64,000 bases of DNA from Octopus vulgaris (taxonomy: Eukaryota), in assembly GCA_951406725.2 (NCBI GenBank), contig OX597824.1, forward strand, positions 3,596,001 to 3,660,000. Reading direction: 5' to 3'. The position numbers and the translations under genes are program-made. The notes beneath the pieces are model-generated. The model searched no databases. It was given only the letters and a program-made list of their open reading frames with translations, and was not told where the DNA came from. Every line of letters begins with the position of its first letter. Position 1 is the stretch's first letter. Positions 14,088-26,167 of this stretch are shown here, one piece after another.

Positions 14088-14985
14088 CAGGGTGTCCATA
14101 AAGACTCTTTACAATTAAAAAATTTTATTACAAAGGCAGTTGACAAGATATCTTAAACAGATTATTTTATTGTAATAATTGTTTATATTAAAGTATTTTT
14201 AAACTATTATTTAATAGACCTCAATATAGGCACCATTAGTTGCACGGAGCACATCAAGACGGTACTCGATTTCTTGCCATGTTCGTTGTGGTATAGCCCC
14301 ATCAATGGTGGCAATGGTATTACGAATCCTTTGCTTCAAGTCAGCAATGTCCCATATCTTTGTTTGATACATGATATCTTTTACATAACCCCATAAAAAG
14401 AAGTCCAAGGGAGTGATATCTGGCGAACGTGGTGGCCATGGAATTGATCCATCCCTTCCAATCCATCGGTCTGGAAATGTTTGACTGAGGAATTGACGAA
14501 CATGCCGTCCCCAATGTGGTGGTGCATCACCTTGTTGGAAAATGATGGCTGGTTGTAAATCAATCAGTTGTGGTGCCACATATTCGGTCAGAAGGTCGAG
14601 GTAAACATTTGCAGAAATTGTTGCCTCGTTGAAGAAAAATGGACCAATTATTCGATTGCACATGATTCCACACCACACATTCACTTTTGGACTATCCTGT
14701 TGAAGCTCCCTAGTCACATGGGGGTGGGGGTGTTCTGATCCCCAGATTCTCACATTGTGTCTGTTTAATTTCCCTGAAACCTGAAAAGTCACATCGTCAC
14801 TAAAACAAACTCGCTTGAGGAATGCTTCATCTTCATTTTATAGGGGTTCAGTGAATCAGTTCCCTTCCATCAACAAAGTATCTGAAACACAAAAATTTGA
14901 TATCAATAAAAACTTTAATAAACAATTATTAAAATAAAACAAATCTGGTTAAAATATCTCATCAACTCCCTTTGTAATAATTTGG
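14088..14985 (-). mobile_element. Tc1/mariner DD41D (rosa-type) transposon, internally deleted
   Basis: ORF 14211-14792: KVNVWCG, QQ(D)GAPPH, WPPRSPDITPLDFFLWGYVK with 41-residue spacing; TA+CAGGGTGTCC TIR and a partial long inverted copy at 14900-14985; second catalytic D mutated. Confidence 0.9.
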
Positions 14986-15216
14986 AATTTTGGAGTTTTT
15001 GAGTTATTTTGATTATTTGAGATTACAGAACTGTCTTTCTTGACTCTCTGGATTAAAGCATTGATCCACTCCACAATATCAGTAGATTACTGAGTGATTT
15101 AAATCCTCTTTCTTACAGCACTAAACGTATTAGTATTCTTGCTAACTTAACTGATTGATTTCCATGCAGATGATGTCCCTTGATTATTTTTCATTGCTTA
15201 TTATATTCTGATGCAG

Positions 15217-15307
15217 GTTGGCAAGGAGGACGACGCTGTGCATTGATTAACAAAGATAAAAGTTTAACAGCAGCTTTTAAAAATGGTAAACTATTTCTCA
15301 CGCGAAG
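15217..15307 (+). CDS. GRAMD4: GRAMD4 exon (GWQGGRRCALINKDKSLTAAFKNGKLFLTR)
   Basis: atgcAG|GTTGG ... GCGAAG|GTAAAA; 91 nt, phase 1 to 2; matches GRAM core GWRCCLINRD...NGVLYVT. Confidence 0.92.
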
Positions 15308-16196
15308 GTAAAATAAAATATATTTATCTTACTTTGCTTTATTTTCTAATCTATATTTATTTCTCTTTTTAATTTTCACATATCATCATCATCGTTTAAC
15401 GTCCGCTTTCCATGCTAGCATGGGTTGGATGATTTTGATTGAGGGCTGGCGAACCAGATGGCTGCACCAGGCTCCAATCTTGATCTGGCAGAGTTTCTAC
15501 TGCTGGATGCCCTTCCTAATGCCAACATATATTTCACTAAAAAGAATATTATTTACATATCACCTCATTTACATATTCCCTTTCCTGTCAATGTCATATT
15601 CATTTTTTTATAGGTAAATAATACATATTTTCATATATATTTCAATTATATGTTGACATTATATTATTTGTCATTTTCATAATGATATTAATTCCATAAC
15701 CTTGTTCTTCTCAATTTTTAGATACACTAAGTTTGATTTGTAATTTTTTAATTACATATGTATTTTCTTTTAAAAAATCTGAAATATTTTTCGATAAAAA
15801 GTGTGGAAAATAAAATAAATCCCATTAACTACTTTGAATCATAATTTTATTTTATAATCTAGTGTTTTTTTTTAATATTCCATTATTATTATTATTATTA
15901 TTATTATTTCAAGGCAGTGGTTGACAGAATCATTAGAACACTAGGAAAAATGCTTAGTGGCATTTTGTCCAACTTTACATTCTGAGTTCAAATTCCACCG
16001 AGGCCGACTTTGCCTTTCATCCTTTTGGAGGCTAATAAGTACTAAGTACCAGTTAAACACTGGGGTTTAACATACCTCATCCCCTGAAATTACTGACCTT
16101 GTGCCAAAATTTGAAACCAATCTTCTTTTTCTTCTTCTTATTTTTTTTTCTGCCCACAAATTTGAAGCCTTGTGTCTATTGTGGAAAGGATTATTA

Positions 16197-16230
<34 letters not shown>

Positions 16231-16231
16231 T

Positions 16232-16267
<36 letters not shown>

Positions 16268-17033
16268 AGGCAGCAAAATTGAAGAATCATTGGTTCACTG
16301 GGGAAAATGCTTAATAGCATTTGGCCCGTCTGTATGTTCTGAGCTCAAGTTCAACTTTACCTTTCATCCATTTGAAGTCGACAAATAAAGTACCAGTGAA
16401 ACACTGGGGTCGATGACATCAATTTACCCCCTCCCCAAAATTCCAGGTCTTGTGCCTTTAGTAGAAAGGACTATTATTATTATTATTAAAATAAGGTGGA
16501 AAACTTTACATTTATCATCATCATCGTTTAACATCCGATTTCCATGCTGGCATGGGTTGGACGATTTGACTGAGGACTGGCAAGCCAGAAGGCTGCACCA
16601 GGCTCCAATCTGATCTGGCAAAGTTTCTACAGCTGGGTGCCCTTCCTAATGCCAACCACTCCAAGAGTGTAGTGGGTGCTTTCTACGTGCCACCAGCATG
16701 AGGGCCAGTCAGGTGGTTCTGGCAACGACCACACTCAAAAAGTGTTTTTTACATGCTACATGTATGGGAGCCAGTCTGGTGGCACTGGTAACAACCATGC
16801 TTGAATGTTGTTTCATTTTGTTGTTTACATATATGGCACATTGGGCTTAATGCTGTTCTTTAAGATGTTGGCCTGGTAGCTTCTTGTAGGTAGGCATTGA
16901 TCTTGAGCTGTTATGATAAACCCTTCTGTCTCTGATTTTAAGCCATTATTATCATTATGATCATTATTATTATTATTATTATCATTATAATTATTATTAT
17001 TATTATAATTATTATTATTATTTACACTTTTAG

Positions 17034-17115
17034 TTTTTTGTGCTTTGAAAGAACGAAATCACCATCAAGCAAGAATTTTGTACTGCCACTTTCTGACATT
17101 GTCAAGTTGGAACGT
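17034..17115 (+). CDS. GRAMD4: GRAMD4 exon (SFLCFERTKSPSSKNFVLPLSDIVKLER)
   Basis: cttttAG|TTTT ... AACGT|GTAAGT; 82 nt, phase 2 to 0; matches YLCFESSKSGSSK...L.DI. Confidence 0.92.
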
Positions 17116-17904
17116 GTAAGTACTTTTTTTACTCTCAGATATTTTATAATATTTTGATATTTAAATATAAACAAGAAGTTAAAAACATTGCAAGTACTTA
17201 ATACATTACAACCACATCCTTACTTTATATCACAGGTAAGATTGACTTTGAGAATACACATCAGTATTCGTCACTCTTCTGAAACAAGGCATTTTCCAAG
17301 ATGGTATATTTCTTGGAAGATGGCGAACTGGCAGAAACATTAGCATGCCAGGCGAAATGCGTAGTCATATTTCGTTCTGAGTTCAAATTCTGCCATGGTC
17401 AACTTTGCCTTTCATCCTTTCAGGGTCGATTAAATAAGTACCAGTTATGCACTGGGGTCGATGTAATCGACTTAATCCCTTTGTCTGTCTTTGTTTGCCC
17501 CCTCTGTGTTTAGCCCCGTGTGGATAGTAAAGAAATAATAATTTGTTGAAGAAGATTTTCTACAAGAAAGATCAAATGCCCTTCTTGTTACCAACCCTCA
17601 TCTGATTCCAATTAATAAAATATTTCCCCATAACGAGACATGGATTTATGGAAGACTAGAAGCAAGCAACCATCACAGGATATCTAGACAATGGTATACA
17701 CAAACAAATACACACATGCACACACATGCACGTGCACACACACACACATACACACACACACATACACACACACACATATACATATACATTTATTATTAAT
17801 GTAATGTATGAGCTTTTTTTATAATTTTAAGTAAAATCATTTTAATTATTTATTTATTGTTCTAAATTGAAATAATTTTTTTTCTTTTATATCTTCCCTG
17901 ACAG

Positions 17905-17973
17905 GCTAAACCGTATCCATGGTTACCTGGTGGAGGCATGGCTATTGAAGTCACAATGGCTGGTTCTGATAAG
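17905..17973 (+). CDS. GRAMD4: GRAMD4 penultimate exon (AKPYPWLPGGGMAIEVTMAGSDK)
   Basis: cctgacAG|GCT ... AAG|GTAAAT; 69 nt, phase 0 to 0; matches LPGSGMGIAV. Confidence 0.92.
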
Positions 17974-18021
17974 GTAAATATTGTTTCACAAAAGGAATAC
18001 GTACATACCTATGTACATACA

Positions 18022-18089
<68 letters not shown>

Positions 18090-18617
18090 TCATTATTCAG
18101 TTTTATTTCAAGATTTCTGGCCAATAGAGAAAATGCCAATTTCTAACATGGATCCAAGGTTCCTTCATTAGAATTTCAACATCAACAACAAGGTATGTTT
18201 GTATGCAGGTATGAATGTATACGGACAGATTTGTATGTTTTGTTTTATGTGTGTCTTCTTATGCATATCTAGACATGCTCTTAAATGATAAACTTCTTGA
18301 ATGTTTTAGATTTTTTTTATATATGTATGTATGTATGTAGTTGTTGTTGTTGTTAAGCAACAAGACGGGTAAGGGTGATTAGGTGATGGTCTAGGGCTTA
18401 GGGGCGGGAGACCCCAGACCTTGGAAAAAAAAAAAAACCTTGGTCGTCTTGTTGTAGTCGAGGGCTCTTCGTTGACACCCGACACCACTGGGAGGTGGCC
18501 CTCGAAGTCGCTGGAAATGGAGATCTCCAGGTCCAAATTCTTGAACGGCTGTATGTATGTATGTACGTACAATAATGCTCCAATAAGCACTTAAACACTA
18601 TATTGCTCTTTTTGTCG

Positions 18618-19030
18618 CAGGAGTGGGTGTGTGGTAAGTAGCTTGCTAACCAACCACATGGTTCCGGGTTCAGTCCCACTGCATGGCACCTTGGGCTAGT
18701 GTCTTCTACTATAGCCCCGGGCCGACCAATGCCTTGTGAGTGGATTTGGTAGACGGAAACTGAAAGAAGCCCATCGTATATATGTATGTATATATATGTG
18801 TTTGCGTGTATGTTTGTGTGTCTGTGTTTGTCCCCCTAGCATTGCTTGACAACCGATGCTGGTGTGTTTACGTCCCCGTTACTTAGCGGTTCGGCAAAAG
18901 AGACCGATAGAATAAGTACTGGGCTTACAAAAAGAATAAGTTCCGGGGTCGAGTTGCTCGAATAAAGGTGGTGCTCCAGCATGGCCGCAGTCAAATGACT
19001 GAAACAAGTAAAAGAGAAAAAAGAGTAAAG
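18618..19030 (+). mobile_element. Full-length SINE family A; other copies 56510-56892(-), 57690-58060, 58180-58340
   Basis: tRNA-like head gtggtaagtagc...ggttcagtccc, CORE-like caccttgggc.agtg, tail ggtgctccagcatggccgcagtcaaatgactgaaac. Confidence 0.88.
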
Positions 19031-19904
19031 AGTGAGACGACCTTAAGTTATTAAAATAATTGTATGAAAGTAGGATTCTTGCAGTTGTATACACTCGTTC
19101 ACAGACACAAATTATTCACATAAGTTTTTATCACGAATGGAAAACATCCTGCTTCTCCAAGTTGCTGAAAATTCATCTGAAGTTGAACCAAAAGATAATC
19201 AGAAGAATTAATAGTTAACATAGTTTGGTTTAAAAGACTCAAATAATTAGTTCTGATGCTAGATCAGACTAGAGCCTGGTGCAGCCTCCTGGCTTCCAGA
19301 CTCCGGTCAAACTGTCCAACCCATGCTAGCATGGAAAACGGACTCAAATAATTAGTTCCGGTGCAGTTGCACATGTATACACACTCGGTGGATTGTTTGG
19401 AAATTCTACCCCCTCCTTTTCCTACATGCAGAGTAGAGGCATCACTTGTATGTTGATGAGCTAAATTTTATTCCAGGATCTGTAGAAATTTCAAAAGTAA
19501 AGCCTAGAATTGGAAAATATCAAGCTAAACTTAGCAAAGATAGAAGTTTTAGTCAGTAGGAACAAAAACTGGATTCCACTACGGGCACGGAAGTTCTATA
19601 CTCAGGACTGGGTAGAATTTCCATACAGCCTACTCAATGTGTGCACAAGAGATGTTGTAATGTTGTTAGCAGGTTTGATGTAAGGGATGCACAAAAGCAG
19701 TGAATAGGCAGAGGAGCTGAAAGTGTAGAAACCAGAGGTGAAAATAGAACAGGACAAGATCAGGGAGCTGTTACTTTGCTAATGACAGAAGGTTTCTCTT
19801 TCAGGGGGAAAAGTAGATTGGATGATATTTGTATATGAAGTGTGATACTCTGTGGGCCTTCGGTTTGGAGAATTTACAAAGATAGAAAGAACTGAAGTGA
19901 ATAT

Positions 19905-20240
19905 TACGGAGATGTACTTGCATAGCAAGTGACCTGATCTGAGATCGTGCACTGGAATGAAAACAATTGCAGCGTGGAAGGTGTTTATAAGCCATTTAAG
20001 AAACACACAAAAACCGTTAGATTCACTTCAACATTTAAATTCAATTTGCCAAAATATTTTCGTTGCTTTGAGACCGCAACCTGTTCACTGACAAAGATGC
20101 AGCACAAAGTTTTGTCAGTGATCAGGTCGCAGTCTCAAATCGACGAAAATATTTTGGCAAATTGAATTTAAATGTTGAAGTGAATCTAATGGTTTTTGTG
20201 TTTCTTAAATGGCTTATAAACGCCTTCCACGCTGCAATTG
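19905..20240. mobile_element. Fold-back PLE-type element with two opposed hammerhead motifs (G3-C8 variant)
   Basis: ~130-bp inverted arms; direct repeat tgaagtgaatat on both flanks; see findings. Confidence 0.8.
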
Positions 20241-20926
20241 AAGTGAATATATTCTACTGAAAATGTAATGTGTGCAGGAACAACAGAGCATGAATGAACA
20301 GAGAAAAAGAAAACTGGATATATGAGCAATTATAAGTTGGGTGTAAGAGAGAAGATATGCGATGCATCTGGAAGTTCTGCCAGTTGATAAGTAAGTGCCA
20401 AGTGCTCAAAACAGATGAAGACAGGGTATAAAGTGGTGAAGATTGATCTCAAGAAGTTGAACATAATAAAGGAAATAATTTGTGGAACTGGAGAATAGCC
20501 AGGCATTAGTGCAAATGGAACTTCTTCACAACACTTTCATGTCTTCACACCAGGATAAATGCCTTCGGAATTATTACTGCATTGGGGAAAATGCCTTCAA
20601 AATCACAGAGTAAAATGTCTAGTGGCATTTCTTCCAACTTTACGTTCAAAGTTCAAATGCTATCATGGCCAACTTGAGTTTTCGTCATTCTGAGGTTAAT
20701 AAAATAAGTATTAGTTGAATATAACTGGGGTTGATATAATCAAATTATTTTCTGTCCCTAAATTACTGGCCCTGTGCTAAAACACAAAATTAATATTAAA
20801 GAAACACAAGTCAGTAAGGAAGGATTTCACAGCTCCAACCTCAAATATCTCTCCCAAATCCCATCTTGCTGTCTGATATAAACTATTGGATAGTTTGCAC
20901 TGAACTAAAATAAAATGACAGCTGAA

Positions 20927-21653
20927 ATATCTTTAGTTCTAAGATGATCCCAAGAGAAATGTCCTGAATCATATCAGGATCACAGCTGGGAAAGCCTTTG
21001 GTCATAAAATGATCATAGCTAAAATGACGGTCACAGATTGGTCATGAGATGATCACAACTGGAATATCTTTAGTTCTAAGATGATCCCAAGAGAAATGTC
21101 CTGAATCATATCAGGATCACAGCTGGGAAAGCCTTTGGTCATAAAATGATCATAGCTAAAATGACGGTCACAGATTGGTCATGAGATGATCACAACTGGA
21201 ATATCTTTAGTTCTAAGATGATCACAAGAGAAAAGTCCTGAATCATATCAGGATCACAGCTGGGAAAGCCTTTGCTCATAAAATGATCATAGCTAAAATG
21301 ACGGTCACAGATTGGTCATGAGATGATCACAACTGGAATATCTTTAGTTCTAAGATGATCACAAGAGAAAAGTCCTGAATCATATCAGGATCACAGCTGG
21401 GAAAGCCTTTGGTCATAAAATGATCATAGCTAAAATGACGGTCTCAGATTGGTCATGAGATGATCACAACTGGAATATCTTTAGTTCTAAGATGATCACA
21501 AGAGAAAAGTATGATCCCAAGAGAAATGTCCTGAATCATATCAGGATCACAGCTAGGAAAGCCTTTGGTTATAAAATGATCATAGCTAAAATGACGGTCA
21601 CAGATTGGTCATGAGATGATCACAACTGGAATAGCTTTAGTTCTAAGATGATC
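20927..21653. repeat. 137-bp minisatellite, ~5.2 nearly identical units
   Basis: Unit starts atatctttagttctaag at 20927, 21064, 21201, 21338, 21475; 21631 follows a 19-bp internal duplication. Confidence 0.95.
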
Positions 21654-21930
21654 TTCTCAGTGGAAAAGCTTTTGGTCAGGCAAGGGCAGCCTTTCTTGAG
21701 AAGTGAGCTGCATGAGGCAGGACTTATCACTGCCATGCAGGCCACCCAGCTGAAAAAAATTTCAAGGCAATTTTTTTGTTAGCCAATCCATTCAGAAAGG
21801 CTCTCGGTTTGCTTATGTCTGTCTTTGATCCTAAGTCAGTTCAATCAGAACTAAACTGAGGTGGAACCGTAATTCTGCTCTGTGGTCCTGTAGGGAATTA
21901 ATATGTTTTCGTGTCTTTCATTCTGATACT

Positions 21931-22190
21931 GTCAATAGGTATTATAATTTCATATCATCATTTCATTTTGATAAAAAGAAAAGAACCCTTTACAGCATCA
22001 GTACCGAATTGTTCACAGACATTTCAAGAACCATTTTAATTTTGTTTGATTTAATCTTTTTTTGTCAATAGGTATTATAATTTCATATCATCATTTCATT
22101 TCGATAAAAAGAAAAAAACCCTTTACAGCATCAGTACTGAATTGTTCACAGACATTTCAAGAACCATTTTAATTTTGTTTGATTTCATTT
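21931..22190. repeat. 133-bp tandem duplication just upstream of the exon A acceptor
   Basis: gtcaataggtattataatttc... at 21931 and 22064. Confidence 0.92.
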
Positions 22191-22233
22191 TTTTTTTTTT
22201 GTTCCGTTCTCGTTGGATATTTTTATGTTGCAG

Positions 22234-22344
22234 ACGTATGTATTTGGGCCCATGATCTATCGAGATGAACTTTTCGAAAGTATCCTCTTTGCTGGCAAAA
22301 AGGGAACACTTCCATGGGCAGATGAATGCAATTTACCAAATTGA
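22234..22344 (+). CDS. GRAMD4: GRAMD4 terminal exon A (TYVFGPMIYRDELFESILFAGKKGTLPWADECNLPN*)
   Basis: gttgcAG|ACG, phase 0, stop TGA at 22342-22344; matches PLVFGAMVHRDEAFETIL; ATTAAA at 22553. Confidence 0.85.
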   Translation, partial: TYVFGPMIYRDELFESILFAGKKGTLPWADECNLPN

Positions 22345-23106
22345 AACAAAAACCTTGTCCATTTCTATTTTTCCTGTGTATTTATGGTAGGATTACTTTC
22401 AGAATTTTCCAACTGAGTTCTCAGCATGGATTTCTAACTTCAAGAGTTCTCTAACTGCAAGATGTTTGTTTTTGTTTCTATTTTATAATTTAATTAAGTT
22501 ACCGTTGTTTAATAACAGCATATGATATTGATTTTAATGAACTAACTCATTTATTAAAAGACAAGATGCAATCTTCAGCAAATACTTACCTTTTGAGCTA
22601 AGATCATGGTCTTACGTAGACTGTCTAATCCCTTGAGCATTCAGATCAGTCAACAATAGTAAAAGATGTTGAAATTAACCACTTTGGTAGTACTGATATT
22701 TCATCTCATTATAAAGTATCCTAAATGAGAATAGGAATGGTAAACAAAAAGAGAAGAAAAACATCCACAGTAAATAACAAAGAAAACCAAGCTTCGCTTA
22801 ATTTCCAAACTTAATATTTATCTAAACATATTGCAATATCTAATTGTGGTACCTATGGCAAAACGTACCATTTACACTCTGTAAAGTGGATGGCAATAGG
22901 AAAGACTTCCACTTGCAGAAACTGTGCCAAAATGTAACACCCAAATGGTCCCGAACTCAATTTGTTTCTGTGAGCAGTAATGCCCATTCAGGATGGACAG
23001 GAACCGTAATGACCCCTCCGATGCATGCCAGTATGGAAAAGCAGGTGTACAGTTATGGTCACAATATTGGTGGTGGTCATGGTAGGCGAGCAGCAGCAGC
23101 AACAAC

Positions 23107-23460
23107 AGGAGGTGCAATGGCCCAGTGGTTAGGGCAGCGGACACCCAGTCGGAGGATTGCGGTTTCGATTCCCAGACCAGACGTTCTGTGTGTTTATTGA
23201 GCGAAAACACCTAAAGCTCCACGAGGCTCCGGCAGGGGTGGTGGCGACCCCTGCTGTACTCTTTCGCTCCAGCTTTCTCTCACTCTTTCTTCCTGTTTCC
23301 TGTCCCTCACTTCCTACGCAACCACTGAGCCTGGATGCGCATTCATCCATCCGTCGATGGTGTCGGGGGTTGACTTGCTTTCTCTTCTGTGGGTCTTACG
23401 AATAGCAAAGGACCACGTTTCGGACTTCTCCCACTGGGACGATGACCGCTTCACTCAACA
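23107..23460 (+). mobile_element. tRNA-derived SINE family D; copies 25673-25975 (different tail) and 41732-42100
   Basis: A-box tggcccagtggttag, B-box ggtttcgattccc, shared body attgagcgaaaacacctaaagctcc. Confidence 0.88.
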
Positions 23461-23759
23461 AACAAACAAACAGCACAAGTAGAAGCACCAGCCCCGATGG
23501 CAACAGCTGCAGCACCAACACCAGTGCTATGACCAGAGATGATGTCCATACCAGCAGCAGCAGCACAAGCAAAAATACCAGTCCCACACCCAGTATTAGC
23601 AGAGATGGCAGCCACAACACCAGGACTACAGCCAGGGATTACTTCTGCAATGACATCATCGACAGCAATATCACCAGACCCCTAATAACAGCACCAATGA
23701 CAGCTCCTGTAACAGCATCAGCAACAACTGCAAGCCTGGGGCCAACAGAAGATACACCC

Positions 23760-24640
23760 AAATGTGTGAACACAACCAGCTCTCAAGTTTGGAGGTATAT
23801 CAGGTCAGCAGGAACTGCCCTTAAGCAGGACCTATACAACCACAGGTCCTCTTTCAGGATTGTGGAAAGACAGTCTGTTACATCCCATCCCTGGCCAGCC
23901 ATGTATGGTGCCTTAAGGATGAGAGAACCCCATACAAAATTAAATGGAGGATCATAGAGCAGCCAGGGTCCTAAATAAACAGGAAGGGACAAAGCAAACT
24001 TTGCATAGCAGAGCAAATAAGTATCTTTAAAGACTCCCTGGACCCAGTTTTCTCTTAAATTTTAAACATGATATCTATATCCCCAGCCCCCATTTTCAAT
24101 TGCTACCTGCTGCAAGTATGAGATTCCCCATTTATTGATTCGAACCAGAAGACAGCCAAAGGGCACAGATTCCCTGTTTGTCAACAGAACTGGTCTAAGG
24201 GAGATAACTAATCTTGTCTAAACCTCAAAAGGTATTTTTATCCTTTTTTTTTACAAATTAACTGACCATACCAGATTTCTACCTCCAGTTTGAAGAGGGA
24301 TTATATATCCTCTGCCGTCAGAGTTTAACAAATCATATATAAAGCTAAGCACTCTAGGAATGCAAAATCATTCTCACTCTATAACCAGACATATATTGAA
24401 CTGTATGTAAAAATATATATACATATAAATGCATATACAGACATATATGTATATATATGCATTTATAGATATATATACAGACGAAACTAACTATGTCTTA
24501 ACTTTTCCTCTCACACCGTCTCCGATGAAGGGATATTAATTAATAAATATCCTGGAAACAGCTGTAAGACCTTCTATCTATAAATGTTCTAATATCTATA
24601 CAGCCTTGGTTTTTTTTATCTCATTACACAAAACATTCAT
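23760..24640 (+). mobile_element. Penelope-like element 3' end: decayed GIY-YIG endonuclease plus downstream hammerhead
   Basis: YI(G)S..T..K..LYNHRSSF; after frameshift SLASHVWCLK...YKIKWRII...KLCIAEQ..I; hammerhead motif at 24518-24570. Confidence 0.75.
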
Positions 24641-26167
24641 ATATACAGACATATATATATATATACACATATGTATAATGAATATACCGTGTGTGTGCGT
24701 ATTTCTATATCAGGATATATTAGCTTTGTGTTTTACACCTTCAATAATACAGAGATATTTAATTGAATGGTAACTGATTAACTTAATCTTCTGTACATAT
24801 GTATTTGTAAACAGACATTCATACACACATATATTCATATATATGCATATATGTCCACTTTTCTTCATCCACAATCTTTTTACTTTTCCGCTGACAAAGG
24901 ACTAGTGTCCAAAATGTTAAAACTCTTTTTCTTTTTAAGTACTAAATTAATACAATGTTTGTTAACACTTGTCCCGCCTCCTTTTTCTTTTTGTTCCTTG
25001 CCTTCACTAAATGTGTGTGTGCGTGTGTGTGTGAGTGGCATTTATTATAAAAAGTTAACCACTTGGTTTATGAAGTCTCTGATATTCTTCTAATGCCTTT
25101 TGAGTATGGTTTTATTCTCTTTTCTTGTGTTCTATTATCAAATGAGTTTCATTTATTTTAATAGCATTTTACTGCAATTAACTCTCCGTGTCACAGCATG
25201 CTATAGCAATTAACACAAAATGTGGTGCATGTGAAACGCAACTAAAATTTTATTGAGTTACTTTGAATTAATGTTGTCACATGTATAAAGGTTCTAATTC
25301 ATATTTATTCATTTGCATCACACACACACACACGTGTTTGCATATATCATATAAGCTTTTGCAGTCACTCAAGAACTGTTTTATGTGTATTTTTGTATGT
25401 ATGGGTGTTTTTTGTGCATGCGTGTAGCTATACGTATATTATGATATAAACTTTTGTATAGTCCCAGAAGAAATTCTATGTACATGTATGTATGTGTGTG
25501 TATGAATGTACATATATGTTTATTTGCATGCAAATACACACATAAATATGTGTGTGCAAAGATGCATGTATTTATGCATAAAGGTGGATACATATGTGTG
25601 TGTGTGTATGTATGTATATATATATATATATATATATAACTGTAAGTGTCTGTCTCTCTCTTGTGTGTGTGTGGAGGTGCAATGGCCCAGTGGTTAGGGC
25701 AGCGGACTCGCAGTCGTAGGATCGTGGTTTCGATTCCCAGACCTGGCGTTGTGAGTGTTTATTGAGCGAAAACACCTAAAGCTCCATGAGGCTCCGGCAG
25801 GGGGTGGCGGTGATCCCTGCTGTACTCTTTCGCCGCAACTTTCTCTCACTCTTTCTTCTGTTGGCCTGCTCGCTTAGCCTGTGGGGTGGCGTCATTTGAA
25901 GGCTACAACAGTGCAAAGCGCATTGTGACCAGCGATGTGTAGCAACATCTGATAGCCTGGTCGGTCACAGTGATATATATATATGTATTCATACATACAT
26001 ATACACACTCATATATTACATCACATCATTTCAAGCTTTTGTATTCATTTGAAGGTTTTCCTTGTGTGAATGTGTCTGTGCATATAGCATCACATTCTTA
26101 CACCTTTTCATTATTTTCATGAGAATTTCACCCAAATTGAAACACATTTTTTTTTTTTTAATTTCAG

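Noticed and set aside
14211-14792. Active or domesticated transposase
   Set aside because: DNA-binding domain deleted and second catalytic Asp mutated (QQGDA)
20927-21653. CRISPR-like array
   Set aside because: Units are identical tandem copies with no unique spacers; eukaryotic context, no cas genes
23442-23957. 171-aa Thr/Ser-rich ORF as a host gene
   Set aside because: Starts inside a SINE tail and runs into a frameshifted PLE GIY-YIG domain
25673-25750. tRNA gene (also 23107, 41732, 26920, 49630)
   Set aside because: A/B boxes are present but there is no complete cloverleaf; most continue into SINE bodies
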